Positions 11,188 to 20,491 of a stretch of 64,000 nucleotides of DNA are shown in pieces. The DNA comes from an uncultured Enterobacteriaceae bacterium (lineage in GTDB: Bacteria; Pseudomonadota; Gammaproteobacteria; Burkholderiales; SG8-39): assembly GCA_964576525.1 (NCBI GenBank), contig CAZNVH010000015.1:39883-103882 (forward strand), given 5' to 3'. Position 1 is the first letter of the stretch. Every line of letters begins with the position of its first letter. The translations under genes and the position numbers were made by a program. The notes under the pieces were generated by a model. That model did not search any database. It saw only the letters and a program-made list of their open reading frames with translations, and was not told the origin of the DNA.

Positions 11188-12879
11188 ATGAAAACCTCGA
11201 AGCTTTTCATCACGACGCAGAAGGAAAGCCCGGCCGAGGCCGAGATCGCGAGCCATCGGCTGATGCTGCGCGCCGGCATCATCCGGCGGCTGTCCGCCGG
11301 CATCTATTCCTGGCTGCCGCTCGGCCTGCGCGTGCTGCGCAAGGTCGAGGCGGTGGTGCGCGAGGAGATGAACCGCGCCGGCGCGCTCGAGCTCAGCCTG
11401 CCGGTGGTGCAGCCCGGCGAGCTGTGGCAGGAGTCGGGCCGCTGGCAGGCCTACGGGCCGGAATTGCTGCGCTTCAAGGACCGCCACGAGCGCGATTTCG
11501 TCCTCCAGCCGACCTCGGAAGAAGCGATCACCGAGTTGGCGCGCGCCGAGCTGAAGAGCTACCGCAGGCTGCCGGTGCACTTCTACCAGATCCAGACCAA
11601 GTTCCGCGACGAGCGTCGGCCGCGCTTCGGCATCATGCGCGGGCGCGAGTTCATCATGAAGGACGGCTATTCGTTCCACGCCGACCTTGCCGACCTCGAG
11701 CGCGAGTACCGCAACATGCACGACACCTACACGCGCATCTTCACGCGTTTAGGGCTCAGGTTCCGCGACGTCGCCGCCGACACCGGCGCCATCGGCGGCA
11801 CCGGCTCGCACGAATTCCACGTGCTCGCCGACTCGGGCGAGGACGCGATCGCCTTCTGCCCGCAGTCGGACTACGCGGCAAACGTGCAGCTGGCGGAGGC
11901 CGTCACCCGGGAACAGAGAAAGAGTCCTGCCGAAAAGATGCACAAGGTCCCGACGCCCGGAAAGACCACCTGCGAGCAGGTCGCCGAGCTGCTCGGGATC
12001 GACTTGAGGAAAACGGTCAAGGCCGTCGCGGTGATGCGCGACAAGGCGTTCCACCTGCTGTTCGTGCGCGGCGACCATTCGCTGAACGAGGTGAAGACGC
12101 AGAAGCTGATCGGCGAGTTCCGCTTCGCGAGCGAGAAGGAGATCGAGGCCGCGCTGCACTGCAAACCCGGGTACATCGGGCCGGTCAATGTCAAAGTCAA
12201 AGTCATCGTCGACCGTGCAGTGGCAGCGCTGAGCGACTTCGTGTCCGGGGCGAACGAGGAGGGCTTTCACCTCGCCGGCGTGAACTGGGGGCGCGACCTG
12301 CCCGAGCCGCAGGTCGCCGACCTCCGCAACGTCCTCGCCGGCGACCCGAGCCCGGACGGCAAGGGAACGCTCGAGATCGCGCGCGGCATCGAGGTCGGCC
12401 ACATCTTCCAGCTGCGCACCAAGTACTCCGAAGCGATGAAAGCCAGCTTCCTGAGCGAGGGCGGCGAGGCGAAGCCCTTCGAGATGGGCTGCTACGGCAT
12501 CGGGGTGACGCGCATCGTCGCCGCGGCGATCGAGCAGAACCATGACGCGCGCGGCATCGTGTTCCCGGCGCCGATGGCGCCGTTCGCCGCCTGCCTGGTG
12601 CCGATCGGCTACCGCAAGAACGCCGCGGTGCGCGCCGCGGCCGAACGCCTGTACGGCGAGCTCGCGGCCGCCGGCATCGACGTGCTGATGGACGACCGCG
12701 ACGAGCGCCCCGGGGTGCTGTTCGCCGATATGGAGCTCATCGGCATCCCGCACCGCGTGGTGCTGTCGGAGCGCGGCCTCGCCGCCGGCAACGCCGAGTA
12801 CAAGGGGCGGCGCGACGAGAAGCCGCAGGACATTCCGCTGGCCAGCGCAGCGAGCTTTCTGCAAGAGCGCCTGCGGTGA
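11188..12879 (+). CDS. proS: Prolyl-tRNA synthetase
   Basis: 563 aa with class II motifs ([40 protein letters not shown]), an INS editing domain and an anticodon-binding C-terminus. Confidence 0.95.
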   Translation: MKTSKLFITTQKESPAEAEIASHRLMLRAGIIRRLSAGIYSWLPLGLRVLRKVEAVVREEMNRAGALELSLPVVQPGELWQESGRWQAYGPELLRFKDRHERDFVLQPTSEEAITELARAELKSYRRLPVHFYQIQTKFRDERRPRFGIMRGREFIMKDGYSFHADLADLEREYRNMHDTYTRIFTRLGLRFRDVAADTGAIGGTGSHEFHVLADSGEDAIAFCPQSDYAANVQLAEAVTREQRKSPAEKMHKVPTPGKTTCEQVAELLGIDLRKTVKAVAVMRDKAFHLLFVRGDHSLNEVKTQKLIGEFRFASEKEIEAALHCKPGYIGPVNVKVKVIVDRAVAALSDFVSGANEEGFHLAGVNWGRDLPEPQVADLRNVLAGDPSPDGKGTLEIARGIEVGHIFQLRTKYSEAMKASFLSEGGEAKPFEMGCYGIGVTRIVAAAIEQNHDARGIVFPAPMAPFAACLVPIGYRKNAAVRAAAERLYGELAAAGIDVLMDDRDERPGVLFADMELIGIPHRVVLSERGLAAGNAEYKGRRDEKPQDIPLASAASFLQERLR

Positions 12880-13466
12880 GGGCCGTCCTTGCCGCCCTGC
12901 TCGCCTGGCCGCTGGTGGCGCTGGCGGGGGCGCAGCAGTACGAGCCGCTCGCCGACAGCGTGCGAGCACGCCTGTCGCGCCAGGTGGCGGATCGCGGGCC
13001 GGCGAAGATGCATTTCCGCTCGGTGACCGACGCCGAGCGCTGGCTCAGCGAGATGGACCGGCGCCTCGAGAAGCGCATCCCCGACCGCAAGCTGCGCCTC
13101 GAGCTGCTGCGCGCCGTGCAGTACGAGGCGACGCGCGCGCGGCTCGACCCGCAGCTGGTGCTCGGCGTGATCGAGGTGGAGAGCGGCTTCCGCAAGTACG
13201 CGGTGTCGCGCGCCGGGGCGCGCGGCTACATGCAGGTGATGCCGTTCTGGATCAAGCTGATCGGCGAGCCCAAGCACAACCTGTTTCACCTTCGGACCAA
13301 CCTGGCGTACGGCTGCGCCGTCCTGCGGCACTACCTCGACGTCGAGAACGGCGACTACCAGCGGGCGCTGGGCCGCTACAACGGCAGCCTCGGCAAGAAA
13401 GGCTACCCGGAGCTGGTGCTCGCGGCGTGGCACGGGCGCTGGAAATACGACGGCCCCAAAGCATGA
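12876..13466 (+). CDS. Lytic transglycosylase domain protein (Slt-type)
   Basis: 196 aa with a signal peptide and the catalytic region [30 protein letters not shown] start overlaps the proS TGA. Confidence 0.8.
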   Translation: MRAVLAALLAWPLVALAGAQQYEPLADSVRARLSRQVADRGPAKMHFRSVTDAERWLSEMDRRLEKRIPDRKLRLELLRAVQYEATRARLDPQLVLGVIEVESGFRKYAVSRAGARGYMQVMPFWIKLIGEPKHNLFHLRTNLAYGCAVLRHYLDVENGDYQRALGRYNGSLGKKGYPELVLAAWHGRWKYDGPKA

Positions 13467-13482
13467 ATGCGATCCTTCTGAC

Positions 13483-14484
13483 ATGATCGGACGCCTGCTC
13501 GAGCGCAACCCGCGATTCGCCAACTGGATGTACGGCTTCGTGCCGCCGGAGCGCGGCACGGTGGTGCTGGTGCACCGCCGGGTGTACATCGTGCCGACGC
13601 GCCTGGGCTGGTTCTTCGGCGGCACGCTCACCATCCTGCTGATCGGCTCGATCAACTACGCGCTGTCGCTCGGCTTCGCGCTCACCTTCCTGCTCGCCGG
13701 CCTGGCGCTCGCCGGCATGGTGCATACCGCGCGCAACCTGGCGCGCATCGCGGTGAGCACCGGGCGCAGCGAGCCGGTGTTCGCCGGCGAGTCGGCGCAG
13801 TTCCGCCTGTTTCTCGACGGTCGCGCCGCGTTCGACCGGCCCTCGATCCTCGCGCGCCATCTCGGCTCGGGCGCGCAGCTGGTGGTCGACATCCCGGCGC
13901 GCGGCATCGCCGAGGTGGTGCTCGGGGTGCCGGCGCCGCGCCGCGGCTGGCTGCCCCTGGGCCGCGTGATGCTCGAGACGCGCTTTCCGCTGGGCCTGTT
14001 CCGCGCCTGGAGCTACCTCGAGCCCGAGGCGCGCTGCCTGGTCTATCCGCGCCCGGAGCGCTCGCCGCTGCCGCCCTACAGCGGCGCGGCGGCCGCCGGC
14101 GCGCTGCAGACGCAAACCCCCGGCAACGACGACTTCACCGGCCTGCGCGGCTACCAGCGCTCCGATTCGCCGCGCCACGTCGCCTGGAAGGCCGTGGCGC
14201 GCAGCGACACCCTATCCACGCGCAGCGACGACATGTTGACCAAGCAGTTCGCCGGCGACGCCGCAGCCGAGCTGTGGCTCGACGCGCGCCTGCTGCCGCC
14301 CGGCCTGGGCCTCGAGCAGCGGCTGTCGCGCCTCGCCGGCTGGGTGCTGGCCGCCGAGCGCGCCGGCGCGCAGTACGGCCTGCGCCTCGCCGGCGTCGAG
14401 ATCGCGCCCGGCCGCGGCGAGGCGCACCGCGCCTCCTGCCTGCAGGCGCTCGCGCTGCATCAAGCCATGAAGACGGACGCATGA
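13483..14484 (+). CDS. DUF58 domain protein
   Basis: 333 aa with two N-terminal TM helices and DDFTGLRGYQRSDSPRHVAWKAVAR, typical of DUF58 (vWA-like). Precedes a TgpA-type transglutaminase. Confidence 0.75.
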   Translation: MIGRLLERNPRFANWMYGFVPPERGTVVLVHRRVYIVPTRLGWFFGGTLTILLIGSINYALSLGFALTFLLAGLALAGMVHTARNLARIAVSTGRSEPVFAGESAQFRLFLDGRAAFDRPSILARHLGSGAQLVVDIPARGIAEVVLGVPAPRRGWLPLGRVMLETRFPLGLFRAWSYLEPEARCLVYPRPERSPLPPYSGAAAAGALQTQTPGNDDFTGLRGYQRSDSPRHVAWKAVARSDTLSTRSDDMLTKQFAGDAAAELWLDARLLPPGLGLEQRLSRLAGWVLAAERAGAQYGLRLAGVEIAPGRGEAHRASCLQALALHQAMKTDA

Positions 14485-16451
14485 CGCCGAACGCGCACCC
14501 GCTCGCCCCCGAGCTGCGCCCGGTCAGCACGCGCGACCTCGCCTGGCTGATCGCCTCGCTCGCGCTGGTGATCGCGCCGCATGCGCAGCGCGCGCCCTGG
14601 TGGCTGACCCTGCTCACGCTGTGCCTGTTCGGCTGGCGCGCCACCTTGACGCTGAACCGAGCGCCGCTGCCCTCGCGCTGGCTGGTGCTCGGGGTCGCGG
14701 CGGTGTCGATGCTCGGCATGTGGATCGAGTTCCGCACGCTGTTCGGGCGCCAGTCCGGGATCCTGCTGCTGGTGCTGTTCTCGGGCCTGAAGCTGCTCGA
14801 GACCCGCAGCCACCGCGACGCCACGATCGCCGTGTTCCTCGGCTATTTCCTGGTCGTCACCAATTTCCTGTACACGCAGACCATCCCGACCGCGGTGGCG
14901 ATGAGCGTGGCGGCGTTCATGCTCACCACGACGCTGGTCGTGTTCAGCGCCCCGCATCGCTCGACGCGCGCCAACCTGCGCACCGCCGGCCTGCTGCTCG
15001 CGCACGCGGCGCCGGCGGGGCTGGCGCTGTTCCTGCTGTTCCCGCGCGTGCACGGCCCCCTGTGGGGGCTGCCGCAGGACGCCTACATCGGAGTGACCGG
15101 GCTGTCCGACAGCATGAGCCCGGGAAACCTGGCGAGCCTGGCGCAATCCGACGCGATCGCGTTCCGCGCCGAGTTCCAGGGCGAGTCGCCCCCGCCGGCG
15201 CTGCGCTACTGGCGCGGCCCGGTGCTGTGGGACTTCGACGGCCGCACCTGGACCATCGGGCCGTCCTACCTGGTCGAATTCGTCGCGCCGCGCGGCGGGC
15301 GCGCGAGCTACCGCTACGAGGTGGTGCTCGAGGCGCACAACCGCCCCTGGCTGTTCGCGCTCGAGACCGCCGCCACGCTGCCCGAGCGGGCGCGCATGAG
15401 CCACGACGGCCAGCTGATCTCGACCTCGCTGGTGCGCACGCGCATGCGCTACGAGCTCGCTTCGGTGATCGCGCCCGAGCCCGACCTGAAGGAAGGCCCG
15501 GGAATTCTGCGCCGCGCGCTGCGCCTGCCGGCGGGCCTCAACCCGCGCGCCGCGGCGCTCGCCGGCGAGTGGAGTGCGGCGTCGGCCAGCGACTTCCAGG
15601 TGCTGCTGCGTGCCATCGACTTCTTGAAGAAGGGCGGCTACGAATACACGCTCGAGCCGCCGCTGCTCGGCGCCGACTCGGTCGACGAGTTCCTGTTCTC
15701 CACCAAGGCGGGGTTCTGCGAGCACTTCTCGGCGGCGTTCGTGTTCCTGATGCGCGCCGCGGGCGTTCCGGCGCGCGTCGTCACCGGCTACCAGGGCGGC
15801 GAGCTCAACTCGATCGACCGCATCATCACCGTGCGCCAGTCCGACGCGCACGCCTGGGCCGAGGTGTTCCTGGCCGGCCGCGGCTGGGTGCGCGTCGATC
15901 CGACCGCGGCTGCGGTGCCCGGGCGCATCGAGTCGGGTATGGCGCGCGCCGTGCCGCAGACCGGGACGCTGCCGCTGATGATGCGCCCGCAGCTGGAGTG
16001 GCTGCGCGGCGTGCGTGACCGCTGGGACGCGCTGGCGCACAAGTGGAACGTCTGGGTGCTCGGCTACAACCCGGACCGCCAGCGCGACCTGATGAGATTC
16101 GTCGGCATGGACCAGGCGGACTGGCGCGCGCTGACCGCGGCGCTGTTCACCTTCCTCGGCGCGATGACCCTGCTGCTGCTCGCCTGGTCGTTCCGGCGCC
16201 TGGCGCGCCCGGACCTGGTGCAACGGGCCTGGCGCGCGTTTTGCCGCAAGCTGGCGAAGCGCGGCGTCGAGCGCGCCCCGAGCGAGGGGCCGCGCGACTT
16301 CGCGGTGCGCGCGGCGCGCGAGCTGCCCGCCTCCGGCCGCAGCATTCTGCGCATCGGCGCCCTGTACATCGGCCAGCGTTACGGCGCGCGCGCCAGCGCC
16401 GCCGGCACGCGCCGCCTGCGGCGCCGCGTGCGCGAGCTGCGCCTGACATGA
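14481..16451 (+). CDS. Transglutaminase TgpA-like membrane protein (DUF3488 + transglutaminase core)
   Basis: 656 aa from MTPNAHPLAPEL with a multi-TM N-terminus and the core GFCEHFSAAFVFLMRAAGVPARVVTGY...DAHAWAEV (Cys-His-Asp). ATGA overlap with the DUF58 gene. Confidence 0.8.
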   Translation: MTPNAHPLAPELRPVSTRDLAWLIASLALVIAPHAQRAPWWLTLLTLCLFGWRATLTLNRAPLPSRWLVLGVAAVSMLGMWIEFRTLFGRQSGILLLVLFSGLKLLETRSHRDATIAVFLGYFLVVTNFLYTQTIPTAVAMSVAAFMLTTTLVVFSAPHRSTRANLRTAGLLLAHAAPAGLALFLLFPRVHGPLWGLPQDAYIGVTGLSDSMSPGNLASLAQSDAIAFRAEFQGESPPPALRYWRGPVLWDFDGRTWTIGPSYLVEFVAPRGGRASYRYEVVLEAHNRPWLFALETAATLPERARMSHDGQLISTSLVRTRMRYELASVIAPEPDLKEGPGILRRALRLPAGLNPRAAALAGEWSAASASDFQVLLRAIDFLKKGGYEYTLEPPLLGADSVDEFLFSTKAGFCEHFSAAFVFLMRAAGVPARVVTGYQGGELNSIDRIITVRQSDAHAWAEVFLAGRGWVRVDPTAAAVPGRIESGMARAVPQTGTLPLMMRPQLEWLRGVRDRWDALAHKWNVWVLGYNPDRQRDLMRFVGMDQADWRALTAALFTFLGAMTLLLLAWSFRRLARPDLVQRAWRAFCRKLAKRGVERAPSEGPRDFAVRAARELPASGRSILRIGALYIGQRYGARASAAGTRRLRRRVRELRLT

Positions 16452-17428
16452 ACCGCATTGCGGTTTTCCTGCTGGGTTTCCTCGCTGCGCCGGTCCTGGC
16501 GAGCTCGTACGCCGACCGCCCCGAAGTCGAGGCCTTCGCCCGCGACCTGATGCAGCGCCACGGCTTCGTCGAGCGCGAGCTGAAGCTGGTGTTCTCCAAG
16601 GCGCAGCGCCTCGAGCCGGTGCTCGAGGCGATCAGCCGCCCCGCGGAGCGGGTGCGGCCCTGGGAGGACTACCGCGCGGCGCTGCTCACCGAGCGGCGCA
16701 TCGCCGAGGGCGTCGCGTTCTGGAAGCGCCACCGCGGCACGCTCGGGCGCGCGCAGGCGCGCTTCGGCGTGGCCCCCGAATACGTGGTGGCGATCATCGG
16801 CGTCGAGACCTACTACGGCAAGAACACCGGCAGCTGGCGCGTGGTCGACGCGCTCGCCACGCTCGCTTTCGACTATCCGCCGCGCGCGCGCTTCTTCCGC
16901 AGCGAGCTCGAGCAGTACCTGCTGCTGGCGCGCGAGGCCGGCGTGGACGTGTTCTCGATGCGCGGCTCCTACGCCGGCGCCATCGGTATCCCGCAGTTCA
17001 TGCCGAGCAGCCTGCGGCGCTATGCGGTGGATTTCGACCGCAGCGGCGCGATCGACCTGCAGCGCAGCACCGCCGACGCCGTCGGCAGCGTGGGGAACTT
17101 CCTCAAGGCGCACGGCTGGCAGCGCGACGCCGACGCCGCGGTCGAAGCGCGGGTGAGCGGCGACGCCTGGCGCGCCTTCGCCGACGGCAGCATCGAGCCG
17201 CGCCATTCGCTCGGCGCGCTGCGCCAGGCCGGCGTCGAGTTCGACTCGCCGCGCCCGGCCGGCGCGACCGCGGCGCTGGTCGAGCTGCCTTCCGCGCGCG
17301 CCGGCGCCTACCGCGTCGTGCTGCGCAACTTCTACGTCCTCACGCGCTACAACCGCAGCAATCTCTACGCCGCCGCGGTCACCGACCTGGCGGGCGAGTT
17401 GCGCAAGGCCTACGGCGCGGAGCCCTAG
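16448..17428 (+). CDS. mltB: Lytic murein transglycosylase B
   Basis: 326 aa from MNRIAVFLLGF, with IIGVETYYGKNTGSWRVVDALATLAFDYPPRARFF...GIPQFMPSS. ATGA overlap with the upstream gene. Confidence 0.8.
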   Translation: MNRIAVFLLGFLAAPVLASSYADRPEVEAFARDLMQRHGFVERELKLVFSKAQRLEPVLEAISRPAERVRPWEDYRAALLTERRIAEGVAFWKRHRGTLGRAQARFGVAPEYVVAIIGVETYYGKNTGSWRVVDALATLAFDYPPRARFFRSELEQYLLLAREAGVDVFSMRGSYAGAIGIPQFMPSSLRRYAVDFDRSGAIDLQRSTADAVGSVGNFLKAHGWQRDADAAVEARVSGDAWRAFADGSIEPRHSLGALRQAGVEFDSPRPAGATAALVELPSARAGAYRVVLRNFYVLTRYNRSNLYAAAVTDLAGELRKAYGAEP

Positions 17429-18249
17429 GACTTGGGCAGGTAGAGCAGCGGGTCGACCGCCGCCGCGCCCTTGCGGATCTGGAAGTGCAGCTTCGGCCGG
17501 TCGGCATCGGTGCTGCCGAGCTCGGCGATCTTCTGGCCGCGGGCCACGGCCTGCTGCTCCTTCACCATGATGTCCTTGTTGTGCGCATACACCGTGATGT
17601 AGCCGTGGTCGTGCTTGATCACCACCAGCTTGCCCAGGCCGGGAATGCCGCTGCCGACGTAGGTGACCCGTCCGGCCGCCGACGCGATCACCGGGTCGCC
17701 GGGCTTGCCGTCGATATCGATGCCCTTGCGGCGCGGCTCGGCGAACCCGGCGAGCAGCTTGCCCTTGGCCGGCCAGACGAACTGCTGGGGCGGGCCCGCC
17801 GGCGCCGGTGACGGCTCAGGCTTGGCAATTTCAGGTTTGGGTTTTTGTTCAGGAAGCGAATCCAGCGGGCGGGAATCGACGCGCCCGGCCGGCCGGCCGG
17901 CGCCGACCTGCACCGCCTGCTGCGGCGGCGCCTTCACGCGCAGTTGCTGGCCGACGCGCAGCTTGGAGGGATCATCGAGGTTGTTCCACTGCGCCAGCTC
18001 GCGGTAGTCGCCGCCGTGCTCGAGCGCGATGCTGTAGAGGGTATCGCCGCGCTTCACCGTATAGAACTCGTCGGCGGCCGGCTGGGCCGGCGCGGCGGCC
18101 GGGGCCTTCGCCGGCGCCGGCTTCTTCGCCGCCGCCGACTTGCCCGACCCGGGCGGCCGGCGGTCCTCGACCGGCGCGGGGCCGCGCTGCTGAGCGCAGC
18201 CGGCAAGCGCGCTCAGCACGGCCGCAAGCACCAGTACCGCCGCTTTCAC
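17425..18249 (-). CDS. nlpD: LysM / M23 peptidase lipoprotein NlpD
   Basis: Lipobox LSALAGC, LysM (YTVKRGDTLYSIA), a Pro/Ala-rich linker and an M23 domain (GIDIDGKPGDPV..GKLVVIKHDHGYITVYAHN). Confidence 0.85.
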   Translation of the reverse strand: MKAAVLVLAAVLSALAGCAQQRGPAPVEDRRPPGSGKSAAAKKPAPAKAPAAAPAQPAADEFYTVKRGDTLYSIALEHGGDYRELAQWNNLDDPSKLRVGQQLRVKAPPQQAVQVGAGRPAGRVDSRPLDSLPEQKPKPEIAKPEPSPAPAGPPQQFVWPAKGKLLAGFAEPRRKGIDIDGKPGDPVIASAAGRVTYVGSGIPGLGKLVVIKHDHGYITVYAHNKDIMVKEQQAVARGQKIAELGSTDADRPKLHFQIRKGAAAVDPLLYLPKS

Positions 18250-18878
18250 GCCTTGCCGACCTCCATGGGAACGAAACGCACCGTGTCGAGCTCCGACTCG
18301 AGGAAGCCGCGGCCGTTGTGCTCGACCAGCACCAGCCGCTGCGCCGCGCCAGCGTGCAGCGGCAGCACCATTCTGCCACCGGGGGCGAGCTGCCGTAACA
18401 GCGCCTCGGGCATGCTGCGTGCCGCCGCCGCGACGATGATCGCCTGGAACGGCGCGGCCTTCTCCAACCCGGCGTAGCCGTCGCCGTGCGCCAGGCGCAG
18501 GTTCGCCAGGCGCAGCGCGAGCAGGTTGGCGCGCGCGCGCTCGAGCAGCGCCTTGATGCGCTCGATCGAGTACACCTCCGGGAACACCTGCGCCAGCACC
18601 GCGGCCTGGTAGCCGCAGCCGGTGCCGACCTCGAGCACGTTTTTGGGAGTCTGCTTCGCGATCAGAACCTCGATCATCCGGGCGACCACGTAGGGTTGCG
18701 AGATCGTCTGGGAGAAGCCGATCGGCAGCGCGCTGTCCTCGTAGGCGCGGCTGGCCAGCGCCTCCTCGACGAACAGGTGCCGCGGCACCGCCGCCATCGC
18801 CGCGAGCACGCGCTCGTCGCGGATCCCCTTCTCGCGCAGCCGCTCGATCATGCGCCCGCGGGTGCGGCTGGAAGTCAT
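18246..18878 (-). CDS. pcm: Protein-L-isoaspartate O-methyltransferase
   Basis: MTSSRTRGRMIERLREKGIRDERVLAAMAAVPRHLFV...VLEVGTGCGYQAAVLA. The ATG at 18878 is preferred over the listed GTG at 18917. Confidence 0.9.
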   Translation of the reverse strand: MTSSRTRGRMIERLREKGIRDERVLAAMAAVPRHLFVEEALASRAYEDSALPIGFSQTISQPYVVARMIEVLIAKQTPKNVLEVGTGCGYQAAVLAQVFPEVYSIERIKALLERARANLLALRLANLRLAHGDGYAGLEKAAPFQAIIVAAAARSMPEALLRQLAPGGRMVLPLHAGAAQRLVLVEHNGRGFLESELDTVRFVPMEVGKA

Positions 18879-18901
18879 GCCGATGCCCGCCAGGTTCTTG
18901 G

Positions 18902-19645
18902 TCACTTCGCGAGCCACTCCTGCGCCAGGGCGAGCTGCGCCTGGTGTGTCAGGTCCATGCGCAGCGGCGTCACCGAGACGCGGCCCGCCTCGACCGCGTG
19001 GAAATCGGTGCCGGGGCCGCAGTCGGCGGCGCTGCCCGCCGGCCCGATCCAGTAGGCGGTTTCGCCGCGCGGCGTCTGCAGCTTTTCGACCGGCTCCGCC
19101 TTGTGCCGGCGGCCGAGCCGCGTCACCTCGATGCCGCGCAGCATCGCCGCGGGCACGTCGGGCACGTTGACGTTGAGCAGCACCGGCTCGCGGAACGGCG
19201 CGCGCCTGAGCCGCTCGACGAGCTCGAGCGCGATGCCGGTAGCGCTATCGAAATGCTCCCCGGTCTTGCTGGCGAGCGACAGCGCCAGCGACGGGATGCC
19301 GAGCAGGTAGCCCTCGGCGGCGGCCGCGACCGTGCCCGAGTAGATGGTGTCGTCGCCCATGTTGGCGCCGAAGTTGACGCCCGAGACCACCACGTCGGGC
19401 GTGAACTCGAGCAGGCCGGTCACCGCGATGTGCACGCAGTCGGTCGGCGTGCCGTTGACCGAGTAGAAGCCGTTCGGCATACGGCGCACGGTGAGCGGGC
19501 GGTCGAGCGTGAGCGAGTTGGAGGCGCCCGAGCGGTCGCGCTCCGGCGCCACCACGGTCACCTCGCCGAGCTGGCGCAGCGCCTCGGCGAGCAGCACGAT
19601 GCCCGGCGCGAAGTAGCCGTCGTCGTTCGACACCAGGATTTTCAT
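18902..19645 (-). CDS. surE: 5'/3'-nucleotidase SurE
   Basis: [16 protein letters not shown]...NGTPTDCVH...[22 protein letters not shown], a canonical SurE sequence. Confidence 0.92.
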   Translation of the reverse strand: MKILVSNDDGYFAPGIVLLAEALRQLGEVTVVAPERDRSGASNSLTLDRPLTVRRMPNGFYSVNGTPTDCVHIAVTGLLEFTPDVVVSGVNFGANMGDDTIYSGTVAAAAEGYLLGIPSLALSLASKTGEHFDSATGIALELVERLRRAPFREPVLLNVNVPDVPAAMLRGIEVTRLGRRHKAEPVEKLQTPRGETAYWIGPAGSAADCGPGTDFHAVEAGRVSVTPLRMDLTHQAQLALAQEWLAK

Positions 19646-19670
19646 GCGGGCTATCGCGGATGCCTGAATT

Positions 19671-19747
19671 TGGTCGGGGCGGTGAGATTTGAACTCACGA
19701 CCACCGGCACCCCATGCCGGTACGCTACCAGGCTGCGCTACGCCCCG
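19671..19747 (-). tRNA. tRNA-Pro (anticodon GGG)
   Basis: Reverse complement is CGGGGCGTAGCGCAGCCTGGTAGCGTACCGGCATGGGGTGCCGGTGGTCGTGAGTTCAAATCTCACCGCCCCGACCA, with anticodon loop ATGGGGT and an encoded CCA. Confidence 0.92.
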
Positions 19748-19759
19748 AGAGAGCGGATT

Positions 19760-20182
19760 TTACCCTTGCAGCTGCTCGAGGACCGCGCGCAATTCGCGCT
19801 TGATCGCCGCCACGTCGACGCCCGGGCCGGGCGCGGCGCGCGGCTCGCGGGCATCGCGCACCTGCGGCTCGGGCTTGTCGTCGTCGCCATCGTCGAGGCG
19901 CGCGCTGTTCAGCCGCGCATTGTCCAGCCGGTTGCGCGCGCCGCTGATGGTGAAGCCTTCCTCGTACAGCAGCTCGCGGATGCGCCGGATCAGCAGGACT
20001 TCGTGGTGCTGGTAGTAGCGGCGGTTGCCGCGACGCTTGACCGGCTTGAGCTGCGTGAATTCCTGCTCCCAGTAGCGCAACACGTGCGGCTTCACCCCGC
20101 AAAGGTCGCTGACTTCACCGATGGTGAAGTAGCGCTTCGCCGGGATCGGCGGGAGCTCAGCTTTCCTGCGGCTTGGCTCCAT
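19760..20182 (-). CDS. MerR-family transcriptional regulator (conserved downstream partner of ihfA)
   Basis: [33 protein letters not shown] is a MerR HTH. The gene overlaps the ihfA 3' end by 26 nt. Confidence 0.8.
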   Translation of the reverse strand: MEPSRRKAELPPIPAKRYFTIGEVSDLCGVKPHVLRYWEQEFTQLKPVKRRGNRRYYQHHEVLLIRRIRELLYEEGFTISGARNRLDNARLNSARLDDGDDDKPEPQVRDAREPRAAPGPGVDVAAIKRELRAVLEQLQG

Positions 20183-20468
20183 GGCGCGCCTTCTCGACCA
20201 TCGCCTTCAGCTTCTGGCTGGCATGGAAGGTCACGACGCGCCGGGCGCTGATCGGGATCTCCTCACCGGTCTTGGGGTTGCGGCCGGGCCGCTGGGGTTT
20301 GTCGCGCAGCTGGAAGTTGCCGAAGCCCGAGAGCTTGACACTCTCGCCACGCTCGAGGGCACCGCGGATCTCCTCGAAGAAGGCCTCGACCATGTCCTTG
20401 GCCTCGCGCTTGTTCAGCCCGACCTTCTCGAACAGCAGGTCCGCCAGCTCGGCCTTCGTCAACGTCAT
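20157..20468 (-). CDS. ihfA: Integration host factor alpha subunit
   Basis: [35 protein letters not shown]...[26 protein letters not shown]. The ATG at 20468 is preferred over the GTG at 20471. Confidence 0.92.
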   Translation of the reverse strand: MTLTKAELADLLFEKVGLNKREAKDMVEAFFEEIRGALERGESVKLSGFGNFQLRDKPQRPGRNPKTGEEIPISARRVVTFHASQKLKAMVEKARHGAKPQES

Positions 20469-20491
20469 CACGAGCTCCCCTGATTTCCCTT

